Source of the DNA: Candidatus Heimdallarchaeota archaeon
Lineage (GTDB): Archaea; Asgardarchaeota; Heimdallarchaeia; JABLTI01
Length of the DNA: 64,000 nt
NCBI GenBank assembly: GCA_018238155.1
Contig: JABCTZ010000036.1
Location: 320,001 to 384,000 of the forward strand
Direction: 5' to 3'
The position numbers were made by a program, and so were the translations under genes. Below, piece by piece: positions 32,048 to 43,585 of the stretch. Numbering within the stretch: the stretch's first letter is position 1; each line of letters opens with the position of its first letter. Under the pieces are notes generated by a model that was not told where the DNA came from, made no database searches, and saw only the letters and a program-made list of their open reading frames with translations.

Positions 32048-32821
32048 ATGACAATTGCTGATATACTTAAGGTGATAAAAATAAGAGAAAAGCAGCCTAC
32101 TCTGAGATATATTATCTTTAGCTATAGAATATTACTAGCACTTTTTAGTTGGACCGTTTTAGGTATAATGTTTTATCGAAGTGTGATTAGACAATCAGAT
32201 ATAGCTGCAGGTATTTTAGCTGGAATCAGTTCCTATAGATATTACACTATGCAAACAAATCTTTTTGTTGCTTTGTGGTATAGCTTTGCAGTATTCTTTC
32301 AATTCAAGCCAGAACTTTTGAACAAAATACGAGGTGGACTTAAAGGAGCATTAGCACTCTATATTACTATCACATTCATTGTATTTGCTGTAATGTTAAG
32401 TGAATCCTATCAACCAACTGGCATTGATAGCTTCACCAATATTAGTTCACATTATATTGTACCAATTCTTTTCATTGTAGATTGGTTCTTAGCAGAATGG
32501 GATGTAAAATATCGATGGCTCTATTTGGCATTTTGGGTAATTTATCCTCTATGTTATTTGATATTCGCAGTTCTTCATGGAAACTATATCAGTTCTGGTA
32601 ACTATCTATACCCATTTCTCAATCTGCAAAATCTTGGTTGGGTCAAGTTTATCATTAGTGTGCTTGTACTCGTAGTTGTTTTCCTATCCTTGGGTTCATT
32701 ATATATCGGGATGAACAGAATAATTAGACTGATAATGACCAAAAAACAACAAGAGAATAACGAAAACAAAACAATGGTAGGGGATATTGAACAAAGTGAA
32801 GAAAGAGAGGAGGATCATTGA
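32048..32821 (+). CDS. Pr6Pr family membrane protein
   Basis: YYTMQTN, HYIVP...DW, YLYPFLN. Confidence 0.8.
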   Translation: MTIADILKVIKIREKQPTLRYIIFSYRILLALFSWTVLGIMFYRSVIRQSDIAAGILAGISSYRYYTMQTNLFVALWYSFAVFFQFKPELLNKIRGGLKGALALYITITFIVFAVMLSESYQPTGIDSFTNISSHYIVPILFIVDWFLAEWDVKYRWLYLAFWVIYPLCYLIFAVLHGNYISSGNYLYPFLNLQNLGWVKFIISVLVLVVVFLSLGSLYIGMNRIIRLIMTKKQQENNENKTMVGDIEQSEEREEDH

Positions 32822-33719
32822 TACTTTTTCTCTAAATCCTCTAATACAATACCTGCTCTTGCAATAGCTTCCGAATCATCAAGAATCATTTTGTAATTTT
32901 CTACCACACCTCTATGAGCGGGACTTGTACTAAGTGCCTTTTTCAAAGTTCGAAGAGAATTCTCAATCTGATCATCGTGGTAATAAAAAAGACCCAGATT
33001 GTTCATAAGATCTAGATTATCATTTTTGATATTGAGAGCTTTCAGTGTGTATTCAATAGCTTTCTTTTCTCTTATAAGAAGGCGTAACATTGTCCCAGTT
33101 GTCCTAGAACTTTACAATGAAGTGGATCTGTTGCAATAACTTTGTTAAATTCCACAATGGCTTCATTGTATTTTCATTCTTCAACCAAAAGTTCGCCATA
33201 CTCACTCAAAATTTCAACATCATCTCTGCCAAATTCTGTAAATGCTTTATTATAAACTTCAGGGGCCTTATCAAAGAAACCATATTTTCTATGTGTTGCA
33301 GCCAATTTGATGTAAGGTTCTTTGAATCTCTTCTCAATTTCAATCGCTCCCTCGAATACTATAACTTGTGGTTTATACTCAGTTTCAATTCGTAACAAAA
33401 AATGTGCTTCTTGTGATAATGGATTAATACTCAGAGCCTTTTCTAAACACATAATGGCAGTTGCAGATTGGTCCAAATTTTGATGAAACATCCCTAAAGC
33501 TATATAATCGTTTACATCATGCGGCATGCCTTCAGGACGATAATGTAAATATCTATCGTATGCATCTACAGCACCTTGATAATCTCCAAGTAGTGCTGAC
33601 ATATCACCAACTCCTTTCCAAGCAAAAGCATTACTTTCATCTTTAGTAGTGATTTGTCTATAAAGGTCCAAAGCTTCATCATATCTATTTAGAAATTGAA
33701 GTTTAGAAGCAATATCCAT
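32815..33719 (-). pseudogene. Decayed TPR protein gene
   Basis: ORF 33174-33719 stops at TGA, but the frame continues as TPR (KYNEAIVEFNKVIATDP...LGQCYAFL*), then shifts into ORF 32815-33090 (KAIEYTLKAL). Confidence 0.72.
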
Positions 33720-33885
33720 TAATTCATGAGGATCGGTTGCAACCCTGTTTGTTTCAATTCCTTCAGAGGTGGTTGGTAAAGGATTTGCATTGACTTTATT
33801 TCTTAATTTATTCTTGAAGATATCAATGGAAAAAAGTGTAACTCAATAGGAAAGAAATTGTCACTAAAATTATCTTAAAAATAGG

Positions 33886-34695
33886 CTAAAGATATGTTTC
33901 ATATAAATCGTATTGCTGATGATTTCGTGTTTGAAATGTCCAGATAGCATCTTGAGGGCAGAGATTTACACAACCATTACAGCCAACACAAAGAAGCTCA
34001 TTGAAACTTGGTGTATTGTTTTTATTCATAGATATTGCACCACTTGAGCATATTTTAGATGCACAGAGACGACAATGATTACACTTGGATTTATCAACAC
34101 GTTTGATTCCAACTGTAAATAACATTTGCCAACTCCAAGTGAAGAAAAGAGACCAAAAAACTATTCCAATACTATACGATGGAATCCAATTTTTATTTTG
34201 TTGCATCAAATTCGATGATAAATTTTCAAAACGTGTAATAATGGTTTTTGCGAATTTTTGTGCATTTGATAAATCGTAATTGTTTAATCCGGAGAGATTA
34301 GATTTTAATTCATTCTTAGGAGGCATCCATGATCGTAGATTTGTAGATCCAATTGCACTAGTATATCCTAAGCAAATTCCGCCTGTTCTTTTAGTTGCTT
34401 TAAATAAATTCCAAAGAGTATTTCCCGGCATCCCACCACTCGTACAAAAAACAAAGAGTGGTTTTTTTTCTAGCTTTGCTTTTCGCAGAAATCTTGTTAC
34501 CATTCTTGGGGCTCTAATAGAATAAGCCGGAGCACCAATTCCAATAATGTCATATATCGAGAAATCAATTTTCTTACCTCGTTTAATTCTTAGCAGATCA
34601 ACAGATACATGTAAATTTTCAAATTGTTTTCCTAATTCGGAAGCATATTTCGCTGTAACACCTGTTCCTGTAAAATAAAGCAAAGCAGCTTTCAT
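33886..34695 (-). CDS. EFR1-type flavodoxin-ferredoxin fusion
   Basis: YFTGTGVT N-terminus; CNHCRLCASKIC and CVGCNGCVNLCP 4Fe-4S motifs. Confidence 0.85.
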   Translation of the reverse strand: MKAALLYFTGTGVTAKYASELGKQFENLHVSVDLLRIKRGKKIDFSIYDIIGIGAPAYSIRAPRMVTRFLRKAKLEKKPLFVFCTSGGMPGNTLWNLFKATKRTGGICLGYTSAIGSTNLRSWMPPKNELKSNLSGLNNYDLSNAQKFAKTIITRFENLSSNLMQQNKNWIPSYSIGIVFWSLFFTWSWQMLFTVGIKRVDKSKCNHCRLCASKICSSGAISMNKNNTPSFNELLCVGCNGCVNLCPQDAIWTFQTRNHQQYDLYETYL

Positions 34696-34971
34696 ACTGA
34701 ATGTACTAGTATCAAATATTCAAAAGATTTTAGTTCTATCTCTTTTCTTATAGAAACAATCTTTCAAATCTGTCTTAGGCTGAAAAATGCTGGCAGCACT
34801 GTGACTAATTTATGTTCTTTTCGCATATTCTATCTATTTTTTCTTAGACTTGTGAAGAAAAACAATCTCAAAATCAATTCTGACTCTAAAATATTGGTTA
34901 TTCTTTGCTTTTACTCAAAGAATAAGAAAACTTTTATTAATCCTAAAAACCAAAAGAGTCTGTGGGAAAGC

Positions 34972-35739
34972 ATGAAAAGCGAAGATAGAAGTGATATGAT
35001 TATATTTACTTATAGGGTAATATTGGCTATTTTTAGTTGGCTTATTCTTGGGATCATGTTTTATCGAAACGTAGCAAGTCAGTCTAGTATATCCTCAGGA
35101 ATTGTAACTGCTATTGATTCCTACAAATATTATTCCAGACAAACTAATCTCTTTGTTGCATTGTGGTATAGCTTTGCCCTGATTTTTCACTCTAAACCAA
35201 TTATATTAAAGAAAATTCGAGGTATGCTCAAAGGAGCTATAACTGTTTATATTACTGTTACTTTTGCTGTTTTTGCTGTAATGTTAAGTAGTTTGTATCA
35301 CCCGACAGGTATAGATAGTTTCTTGAGTCTTTGTTCACATTATCTCATTCCTATTTTATTTGTTGCTGATTGGTTCTTATCTGAAACAGAAGTCGATTAT
35401 AAATGGCGATATCTGGGTTATTGGATCATTTATTTGCTTTCTTATTTGGTTTTTACAATTATTTATGCACAGATTACAAACAACTATCTCTATCCATTCC
35501 TCAATATTGAGAATCTAGGTTTGAGTAAATTTATTTTTAATACCTCTATATTGATATTCGTCGCTCTATTCTTTGGAACGCTATTTATTGCTACGAATAA
35601 AATTATCAGATCCTCTCTAGAAAGGAGAGGTCTAGATAAAATTAGTTTAGATTTTATCAATTTGAAATCCAAAAGAAAAAGTAGAAGAAAAGCTTCACAG
35701 AATTATTATGAGAGCCTTTGTATTGTGATTTCAACTTAA
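34972..35739 (+). CDS. Pr6Pr family membrane protein (paralog of 32048-32821)
   Basis: QTNLFVALWYSFA, HYLIP...DW, YLYPFLN; likely start at ATG 34972. Confidence 0.8.
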   Translation: MKSEDRSDMIIFTYRVILAIFSWLILGIMFYRNVASQSSISSGIVTAIDSYKYYSRQTNLFVALWYSFALIFHSKPIILKKIRGMLKGAITVYITVTFAVFAVMLSSLYHPTGIDSFLSLCSHYLIPILFVADWFLSETEVDYKWRYLGYWIIYLLSYLVFTIIYAQITNNYLYPFLNIENLGLSKFIFNTSILIFVALFFGTLFIATNKIIRSSLERRGLDKISLDFINLKSKRKSRRKASQNYYESLCIVIST

Positions 35740-35831
35740 ATTGTGTTGATAAATGTAAATTTATTACCTATTTATTTGATAGCGTTCTTCAACATGTTTA
35801 AAGAGAAGATATATCACCAAATTATTCTTTC

Positions 35832-36332
35832 TCACTTTTTCTTTGTAAATACTCTGATGAAAACAAAAAAGAACCAAGAAAAGATAAGTGTAAATGGGAT
35901 AATCGTTAAAACAGCAATAATGTTTTTAACAATAATATACTCGGAAGCAATTCCAAATATAAGCCCCGATGAAACCCCCAATGAAATTAGAAATGAAATC
36001 CCATAAATAATCAAGCTCTGTCTGTTTAAGAACCTTGATCTACTCTTTTTCTTTTCGGAGAGATTACTACTACCACATTTGATACAATATTGAGCTCCAG
36101 CAGGGTTGGCAAAAGAACAAACAATACAAACTTGATCAAATTGCCTCTTCGCTCTTGCTTCTAGTAGAATGGTATCCATATCTCGGTCGCATTCAAGGCA
36201 TAAACTAGTTTGTTCATGTAGACGCAGTTTGTTATCAGTTGTTGCACTGCAAAATGGACAAAAAATAATGTTCTGATATGCTCCTTTTTTTTGCGAATTA
36301 GGTTTTTCAATTATATCCTTTTCTGAAGTCAT
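35832..36332 (-). CDS. Zinc-ribbon membrane protein
   Basis: Four CxxC pairs (CPFC, CLEC, CIVC, CIKC) followed by two TM helices. Confidence 0.7.
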   Translation of the reverse strand: MTSEKDIIEKPNSQKKGAYQNIIFCPFCSATTDNKLRLHEQTSLCLECDRDMDTILLEARAKRQFDQVCIVCSFANPAGAQYCIKCGSSNLSEKKKSRSRFLNRQSLIIYGISFLISLGVSSGLIFGIASEYIIVKNIIAVLTIIPFTLIFSWFFFVFIRVFTKKK

Positions 36333-36453
36333 ACCAATCCTCGCTCTGTTATGTTATTGTTTGTTATTTAAGGGATTGTATTGAATAAAAGAAAAAAAAC
36401 CTCTTTGCAACTAATGGCAACATTTATTAGTATTTATTGCCAAATATTGTATA

Positions 36454-37659
36454 GTGCTTTATCTTGGTGAAGAAAAAATGAGTAAAACAATTGAAATTTT
36501 TGGAAAAGAGCAAAAGGAAATCAAGAAAAGAATAGAGTCAATTGAAAATGGTTTAATTCCTGTAGCAATTGAAGATAACCAACTTTCATATAAATGGAAT
36601 GAAAAGGCTAACATCGAGAAACGAATGAAAGTTTACAATGTTCCTGGTGTAAGTATTGCGTTCATTAATAATTTTGAAGTGGAATGGGCGAAAGCTTTTG
36701 GAGTAAGAGATACACGAACATCAGATATTGTTACACTTGATACTTTATTTGAATCGGGTTCAACAGCAAAATCATTTACAGCCTTAGCAACATTACAAAC
36801 AGTTAGAAAGAATTTACTGACTTTAGATGAGAATGTCAATAAGAAATTGAAAGCTTGGAAAATACCTGAGAATGATTTGACTAAAGAGGAAAAAGTAACA
36901 CTTAAACGTCTATTATCTCATACTGCAGGGATTAACAGACCTGATAGTATGTTTGGCTCAGAATCAGGTTCCATGTCAACAATTGAACACATCTTAAGTG
37001 GAGAGAAACCGGCTCTAAATGATCCAGTAAAAGTTGAATTCATACCAGGAACAGATCACCAATATTCTAATTTAGGATATATCATCATTGAGAAACTTTT
37101 AACTGAAATATACGGAAAATCTTTCGCTGATTTAATGAAAGAAACTATTCTTAAACCTCTCTCAATGAAACGTTCTACGTTTGAATACCCTGATGATGAA
37201 TTAGGAAAAAGGACTATTGTTCCACATGATCAAAATGGCGAGGCACAAGAAACAGGAATGATGCATGGGGCTGCAGCTCATTGTGGTCTTCTAACTACAC
37301 CTGTTGAGCTTGGTAAATTTGTAGTTGAATTAATGAAAGCATATCAAGGTAATTCCGAAATAATTTCTCAAGAAACCGCAAAGCAAATGTTAACTCCTAC
37401 ACTGCCTCTTGATCCGGCAAAATTTTTTGGTTTTACAGGGCAAGCACTAGGAATGTTTCTATTAGAAAAAGATGAAAATCTGTTTTTTACCCATCCCGGA
37501 ACAAATATGCCCGGAGCTGTGTGCTTGATGATTGGTAGTCCATCTGAAGGACAAGGGTTAGTTATCATGTCTAATGGCATTCAAGCAGAATTGCTTCATT
37601 TAGAAATTCTCTATGGAATAGCTAAAATATTTGATTGGCCATTTTGGCAAAAAGAATGA
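36454..37659 (+). CDS. Serine hydrolase, beta-lactamase class C-like family
   Basis: SGSTAK (SxxK), LLSHTAG, YSN, HPG. Confidence 0.88.
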   Translation: MLYLGEEKMSKTIEIFGKEQKEIKKRIESIENGLIPVAIEDNQLSYKWNEKANIEKRMKVYNVPGVSIAFINNFEVEWAKAFGVRDTRTSDIVTLDTLFESGSTAKSFTALATLQTVRKNLLTLDENVNKKLKAWKIPENDLTKEEKVTLKRLLSHTAGINRPDSMFGSESGSMSTIEHILSGEKPALNDPVKVEFIPGTDHQYSNLGYIIIEKLLTEIYGKSFADLMKETILKPLSMKRSTFEYPDDELGKRTIVPHDQNGEAQETGMMHGAAAHCGLLTTPVELGKFVVELMKAYQGNSEIISQETAKQMLTPTLPLDPAKFFGFTGQALGMFLLEKDENLFFTHPGTNMPGAVCLMIGSPSEGQGLVIMSNGIQAELLHLEILYGIAKIFDWPFWQKE

Positions 37660-37680
37660 GCGTATGAAAGTTTTGGAGAA

Positions 37681-38784
37681 GTGGCTAGTATGACTAATAA
37701 CAATATAGCTGAACTGGATGGTAACGATATACGTATTGTTAGTACACTTGACTCTCTTCCACATAAGAGCTCAACCAAAAGAATAAGTGAGGAATTGGAT
37801 ATTCCCTCACGTAGCATTCGTTATCGGTTGGCGAAATTAAAAGAAAGGGACATTTTGAAAGAACAAACAGTTATTACTCATGAAAGAAAGCTTGGCATTC
37901 GAGAATCATTTATTTTTATTGAAGAACGTCGAAATAGCAGAAAGACTTTTTGTAAAATCATTGAGGAGAATCCTGCTCTAAGTTGGTATGTCCCCACATC
38001 TGGAAAGTATCAAGGTTTTATTTTGCATGCAATAAATGCAATGAATGTGCCTGATTATCCTCGGCAATTACTAGAGCAAATGAAAGAGAAAGAGATAATT
38101 AATGATTATTTTATTTTTGAGATAATTGAGTATCAAGAATATGGTTGGAACTACAAATGTTTTAATGAAGATGGAAAATGGGTTTGGAATTGGAAAATAT
38201 GGGAAGATTATATTAAAAAAGAAGAGTATGGACAAGAAGTAGTCGAGTTCGAAGAAAATCCCAAAGTAACAAGCTTTGATTATATTGATATTCAAATTTT
38301 AAGGCATTTCATTCTTTTTGAAAATATAACGCAAAAGGAAATAGGAAAGAAATTAGCATTATCAGAATCACAAATTGGTCGAAGACTTCGATCGTTGGAA
38401 CAAAGTGAAATAATCCGCGGATATCGAACAGGTTTTACACCCTTCACGGAAACTCAAGCAGTACTATGTATGATAAAAACTAACAATTCACTGGAATGTA
38501 TTGTGAATATTCTAAAACAAATACCTTATCCAAAAACAATAGCATTTGAGAATAGACATTCGATTGGATTGGGCTTTGAAATTCCTACAAATGAAATTAA
38601 TGGATTTCTAAATGGACTTCATTGTTTGCGACCTCTCATCGATTCATACTTTGTTCAATATCAACTAAGCAGTCCAACTTTTAATCCACAGACATCATTT
38701 GATTTGTTTGATAAAGATTCAAATGACTTGAACCAAGTAGCAACTGAATATGAAAAAACACTAGAACAAATTAGAGCAATCTAA
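37681..38784 (+). CDS. Tandem winged-HTH Lrp/AsnC-like regulator
   Basis: ISEELDIPSRSIRYRLAKL and FDYIDIQIL...QKEIGKKLALSESQIGRRLRSLE. Confidence 0.8.
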   Translation: MASMTNNNIAELDGNDIRIVSTLDSLPHKSSTKRISEELDIPSRSIRYRLAKLKERDILKEQTVITHERKLGIRESFIFIEERRNSRKTFCKIIEENPALSWYVPTSGKYQGFILHAINAMNVPDYPRQLLEQMKEKEIINDYFIFEIIEYQEYGWNYKCFNEDGKWVWNWKIWEDYIKKEEYGQEVVEFEENPKVTSFDYIDIQILRHFILFENITQKEIGKKLALSESQIGRRLRSLEQSEIIRGYRTGFTPFTETQAVLCMIKTNNSLECIVNILKQIPYPKTIAFENRHSIGLGFEIPTNEINGFLNGLHCLRPLIDSYFVQYQLSSPTFNPQTSFDLFDKDSNDLNQVATEYEKTLEQIRAI

Positions 38785-39703
38785 ACAGAGGTTCAGTTTT
38801 TCGAAGGATTTCACCAAGCTCATTTGCACCATCCTTATTGAAGATTAACGCATCTAGACTGATTTTCTTTTTTGGTTTACCTATGTATTTCTCAGCTATT
38901 TCATCTAAGCCTACTAATGCATTATCGATAAGTTCTTTATAATTGCTCAATTTTCGAGCAGCAATAATCAATAAAAGATGGGATTCAATTTTTTCACCAA
39001 TCTTGATGCATTTTTTGAATGCTTTCGGTATTCGGATAAATAAAGTAAATGGCAAATTTTTATCAAATAGATATTCCATAATACTAATTAAATCTTGAAT
39101 ATCTCGAATTAAATAACTGGTTTTCGCTTTCTTTTTTGAATGAGTTTCTCCTTCGCTTTCAAAGCGTGAAATTAATAAGTAAATATTTAGAATTAGATCT
39201 TCGAAATTCTTTTCACTAAAATAAAACATCTTTTCATACTCAAAATTATTCTTTGAAATATAATCAGATGTACCAAAAATACCAGTATCAATATCATACA
39301 TGAATTTTTGATAATTGATTAAATGTTGAGCTGATTTACAGATATTTATTAGAATATCCAAAAAATGATCTGACGATAGGAGATTTAGTGAAGATTTTTT
39401 TATTTTCTTCTTTAAAGCCTTTAAATTTTGAATAACCAGTTTGATGTTCTCAACCACTATACTCGAGTAAGGAGATAAATATTTAATTTCCTTCAATATT
39501 TGTAGACATTCGCGAGTTTCAGATGCAATGAGGTTAATATTCTCTAGATCTGCTAAATGCAATTTTGTTAGTAGATGAGAATGTTCCTTAATATATTTCA
39601 AATACTCGATTTCTTGATAAACGCTTTCAACCATTTTTCTGATATCTCCTTGTGAAAATAATCTAATTGAATAACAATTATAATATTCAAAAGAATTGTC
39701 CAA
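38771..39703 (-). CDS. Hypothetical alpha-helical protein
   Basis: 310-aa ORF with no motif recognised; start uncertain. Confidence 0.55.
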   Translation of the reverse strand: MDNSFEYYNCYSIRLFSQGDIRKMVESVYQEIEYLKYIKEHSHLLTKLHLADLENINLIASETRECLQILKEIKYLSPYSSIVVENIKLVIQNLKALKKKIKKSSLNLLSSDHFLDILINICKSAQHLINYQKFMYDIDTGIFGTSDYISKNNFEYEKMFYFSEKNFEDLILNIYLLISRFESEGETHSKKKAKTSYLIRDIQDLISIMEYLFDKNLPFTLFIRIPKAFKKCIKIGEKIESHLLLIIAARKLSNYKELIDNALVGLDEIAEKYIGKPKKKISLDALIFNKDGANELGEILRKTEPLFRLL

Positions 39704-39829
39704 AAATAATTCTTTTCAATTAGCTTTTCGTTAAAGTCACTTATATACCTCTCTGAATTGGATAGGGTTTTTAAAAAAAGAAAATATATCATTCCACATA
39801 CAATATTACTACAATAAGGATGAATTAGG

Positions 39830-41329
39830 ATGATGGAAGAATATAGTATAGATCAAATTCAAGAAAAGATGGAAAATGGAGAACTATCTGCAAGAAAACT
39901 CGTTGAGGATTTTCTACATCGAATCGAAAAAATTGACCGACAGGGACCAAAAGTAAATGCGATCATAGAGATCAATCCTGATGCACTAGAAATTGCCGAA
40001 AATCTCGATAAGGAACGTAAAAACAAGAAAACGCGTGGACCCCTTCATGGCATTCCTGTTATTATTAAAGACAATATTGAAACCGCAGACAAAATGATGA
40101 CTACAGCTGGATCGCTCGCACTTGAAGGACATATTGCTTCGCAAGATTCATTTATTGTCCAAAAACTAAGAGATGCAGGAGCAATCATTTTAGCGAAAGC
40201 AAATCTGAGTGAATGGGCTAATTTTCGCTCAACACGTTCTTCCAGTGGCTGGAGTAGTCGTGGAGGACAAACGTTGAATCCATATGCTCTTAATAGAAGT
40301 CCTTGCGGTTCGAGCTCAGGTTCTGCAGTAGCTGTAGCAGCAAATCTCTGTTCGGTAGCAATCGGAACTGAAACAGATGGTTCTGTAATTTGCCCCGCTC
40401 AAATAAATTCTGTAGTGGGAATAAAACCCACGGTAGGATTAGTTAGTCGCTCTGGAATTATCCCAATAAGCCATACACAAGATACTGCAGGACCAATGGG
40501 AAGAACTGTTCGTGATGCAGTTATTTTATTAAATGCTATAGTCGGGAAAGACACTCGAGATACTGCCACGTTAGAACTTAAACAGAACATTCCCGAAGAT
40601 TACACTGAATTCTTGGATGAAGGCGGATTAAAAGGAACAAGAATTGGTGTTGCGCGAAATTACTTCGGTAAAAATGACAATGTGGACAAATTAATGGAAA
40701 AAGCAATTGAGACAATGAAAGAATTGGGAACAGAGATCATTGACCCAATAGAAATTACCACATTGAAAGATCTAAGAGATCCTGAATTCCAAGTACTCTT
40801 ATTTGATTTCAAAAATGATTTGAATGAATATTTAGCTACAACAAACTCTGAGTGCAAAAATCGAACACTGAAAGATATTATTGATTTCAACAAGGAAAAT
40901 AGTCGAAAAATGATGCCTTATTTTGGACAAGAGATATTACTAATGGCAGAAGAAAAAGGACCACTAACAAGTAAGGAATATCTAGAAGCATTGGAAAAAT
41001 GTGATACATATGCAAGACAAGAAGGCATAGATAAAATTTTAGCTGAAAACAAACTTGATGCCATTGTTGCCCCGAGCGGTGGAATAGCTTGGCCAATAGA
41101 TTGGGTGAATGGTGATCATTTCACAGGAGGAAGCTCTTCTGTTGCTGCTGTAGCAGGATACCCAAATATTACTGTTCCACTGGGTTTTATCTGGGGATTG
41201 CCAGTTGGTATCTCTTTCTTTAGTGGAGCATTTCAAGAACCGGTTCTAATAAAAATAGCTTATGCATTCGAACAAGCAACAACAGCACGACAACCACCGA
41301 AATTTTTGAAAGAAGTAAATTATAAATAA
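39830..41329 (+). CDS. Amidase signature family enzyme
   Basis: GPLHGIPVIIKDNI, GSSSGS, GTETDGS. Confidence 0.92.
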   Translation: MMEEYSIDQIQEKMENGELSARKLVEDFLHRIEKIDRQGPKVNAIIEINPDALEIAENLDKERKNKKTRGPLHGIPVIIKDNIETADKMMTTAGSLALEGHIASQDSFIVQKLRDAGAIILAKANLSEWANFRSTRSSSGWSSRGGQTLNPYALNRSPCGSSSGSAVAVAANLCSVAIGTETDGSVICPAQINSVVGIKPTVGLVSRSGIIPISHTQDTAGPMGRTVRDAVILLNAIVGKDTRDTATLELKQNIPEDYTEFLDEGGLKGTRIGVARNYFGKNDNVDKLMEKAIETMKELGTEIIDPIEITTLKDLRDPEFQVLLFDFKNDLNEYLATTNSECKNRTLKDIIDFNKENSRKMMPYFGQEILLMAEEKGPLTSKEYLEALEKCDTYARQEGIDKILAENKLDAIVAPSGGIAWPIDWVNGDHFTGGSSSVAAVAGYPNITVPLGFIWGLPVGISFFSGAFQEPVLIKIAYAFEQATTARQPPKFLKEVNYK

Positions 41330-41368
41330 ATAATAGCTAAAGAGTACATAATACATAAAATGCATTCC

Positions 41369-41395
41369 TGGATACTTTTTTGAAGAAAGTATCCA
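41369..41395 (+). terminator. Inverted repeat after the amidase gene (hairpin or operator)
   Basis: TGGATACTTT-N7-AAAGTATCCA. Confidence 0.4.
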
Positions 41396-41426
41396 ATATT
41401 TACAATCAACCACTCAAAAACCAACT

Positions 41427-41741
41427 GTGAATACTATGACAGATGAAATATATCGTTCAATAAGTGATAATATTATGAATAAAGAAATCACTTTTAGAGG
41501 CATTGCCATGGATGCAAAAGGTGGCGCAGTGATAATTCTATTCAAGGGAGAAATTATCTATTTACAAAATATGGATTGTTGGGATGATGCTATGCTCAAT
41601 AGAGGTGTTCTTGTAAAAGGGCTATTGGTTGAAAGGAAATTGATCCCAGATCCTGTTGTTGCTGAAGATGGGGCGATCAGTACAGGTGCGTATGGTACTC
41701 AATATGTTTTAGAAAATGTGATAATAATCCAGAAAGAATAA
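41427..41741 (+). CDS. Hypothetical protein
   Basis: 104-aa beta-rich ORF. Confidence 0.55.
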   Translation: MNTMTDEIYRSISDNIMNKEITFRGIAMDAKGGAVIILFKGEIIYLQNMDCWDDAMLNRGVLVKGLLVERKLIPDPVVAEDGAISTGAYGTQYVLENVIIIQKE

Positions 41742-42014
41742 TAAATTTTGATGTTCAGTATCTTTCCATTTATTTATGTTCATTTTCAGAAATAACTTGC
41801 TAAAGAGAAAAAATCAGTTCCAATATTCACACTTAAGCTTTATTCTTTGCAACGAATTTGAACAATCAAAACCAAGAAATACTGGTGCTTAGATGACAAT
41901 AGTTTGAAATAAGATTATTGGCATAATTTTATTTTCTTACTTCATTGCAAGTTCAGATAGCTCATTAATAACCTTTAAGTAATTTCAAAGCAATATTTTT
42001 GTATTATTCTAGTT

Positions 42015-43424
42015 GTGAGTTTGATGATTTTAAACAAGAAACTGTTATATGTCGGAATTCTTTGTCTAATACTTAGTCCAATGAACCTGGTTGAATTAAG
42101 CTCTGCAAATAGTCGTGATTATGAAGACGAATTGCCATCTGTTGTTCTTAATACTTTTCTAGTGGATTTAGACAAACTTTACCTGTATGATAATTTAACT
42201 ATGAGAAACAAACTCCTAAATGAGATAGGTAATGGTTCTTATGGCTGGCCCTTAACTCCTTATGGCGCTCATTTTGTTAGTCAACACATTGAAGGTGTTG
42301 ATCACGTATATTTCCATCCGTATAGAATCCTTCCAATGTTCGCACCTCATGATGGCGTTTTCGATTCATTCCAAAGTAACTTAGGAAATAAAACTGTAAT
42401 GCAGAATGGAACCGAGGTTATTGATGATAGTAAATTAGTAATAGATATAGGTGAAGGTTGTTATTTTCACATAAGTCACATTTCTCTTCTGAAATCAATA
42501 TATGATGTCATTCAAGATACAGGAAGCTATAGTTTTAGTGAAGGAGAAATAATTGGTTATAATCATGCAAATCCTTGGGGCAATTATGGATTTGAGATTT
42601 TTTATCATGCAGGTGGGATGGGATATGGAGGAGGATTCTTTTATCCACTAAAATATTTTAGTTCTACTATACAAGACAAGATTGAGGATTATTATAACCA
42701 GCTACTTCCCAGGGCAAAAATAGGTGGAGCTTTTCCAGAGGTAGCTATGTATAATGATATTTATGTTGCAATTGAAAGTAGTGTATGGGGTGTTTGGAAA
42801 TATAAAAGTGGCTACTTGGACTCTTATTTTGAAATAGGTTCTTTTACTGTGGTTGAGGGAAGGTATACTACTTTCTTCAATCGCAATTTTTCAAATACTG
42901 AGTACTATTATCGAGATCCGAAAAATCCCGACCTAAATATTACAGAAGATGTTTTGGGTATATTTGGTAATAGTCGAGGAACAACAATAATCGAAGAATT
43001 TAACATTACTACGCATGGTTTTCTAAAGACTGTTGAAGGTGATTTCTCCAATGGTATTATGGAAGTTGTTTTAAATTCTGAAGTTGATGATTGGGGGTTC
43101 GCGAATGATAGTATCTATGTTAGATATAATGTCGATTCCAACAGTACCGGTTTCAAAGATGATATCTTGACTGTTGAATGCTTTAAGGAACTTGCAAGTG
43201 CACAAGCCGGATTTACAGAATATAATCTCACGTATGCAAGATATATCCAGTCCTGGGAAATTAAGGATCCTAATCCTCAACCAACAGAAACACCAACTCC
43301 AACTACACCAACCACGCCTACAAATAGCTCAAATGGTTACTGGATAATTCCATTCACATCAGTACTTGTAGTGATGATAATAATAAGTAAGAGAAAGAAA
43401 TGGAGTGGAAATTACAAGAAATAA
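42015..43424 (+). CDS. Secreted, C-terminally anchored surface protein
   Basis: Signal peptide, PT-rich linker, terminal TM plus KRKK; weak M23-like pattern (MFAPHDG, HISH, GEIIG). Confidence 0.65.
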   Translation: MSLMILNKKLLYVGILCLILSPMNLVELSSANSRDYEDELPSVVLNTFLVDLDKLYLYDNLTMRNKLLNEIGNGSYGWPLTPYGAHFVSQHIEGVDHVYFHPYRILPMFAPHDGVFDSFQSNLGNKTVMQNGTEVIDDSKLVIDIGEGCYFHISHISLLKSIYDVIQDTGSYSFSEGEIIGYNHANPWGNYGFEIFYHAGGMGYGGGFFYPLKYFSSTIQDKIEDYYNQLLPRAKIGGAFPEVAMYNDIYVAIESSVWGVWKYKSGYLDSYFEIGSFTVVEGRYTTFFNRNFSNTEYYYRDPKNPDLNITEDVLGIFGNSRGTTIIEEFNITTHGFLKTVEGDFSNGIMEVVLNSEVDDWGFANDSIYVRYNVDSNSTGFKDDILTVECFKELASAQAGFTEYNLTYARYIQSWEIKDPNPQPTETPTPTTPTTPTNSSNGYWIIPFTSVLVVMIIISKRKKWSGNYKK

Positions 43425-43585
43425 AGTTACTAGTTTCTCAAAAAGCACTCTAGTCACATTGGTGGTATTTATCCAGAAGAACAAATGGGTAATAATTTCA
43501 CCATTGATATTAAGGATACTTTTTGGGACGTCTTGAGAATACCATTCTCTTTAAACATTTTTTCTTATTATATCTCTTTTTGGAT

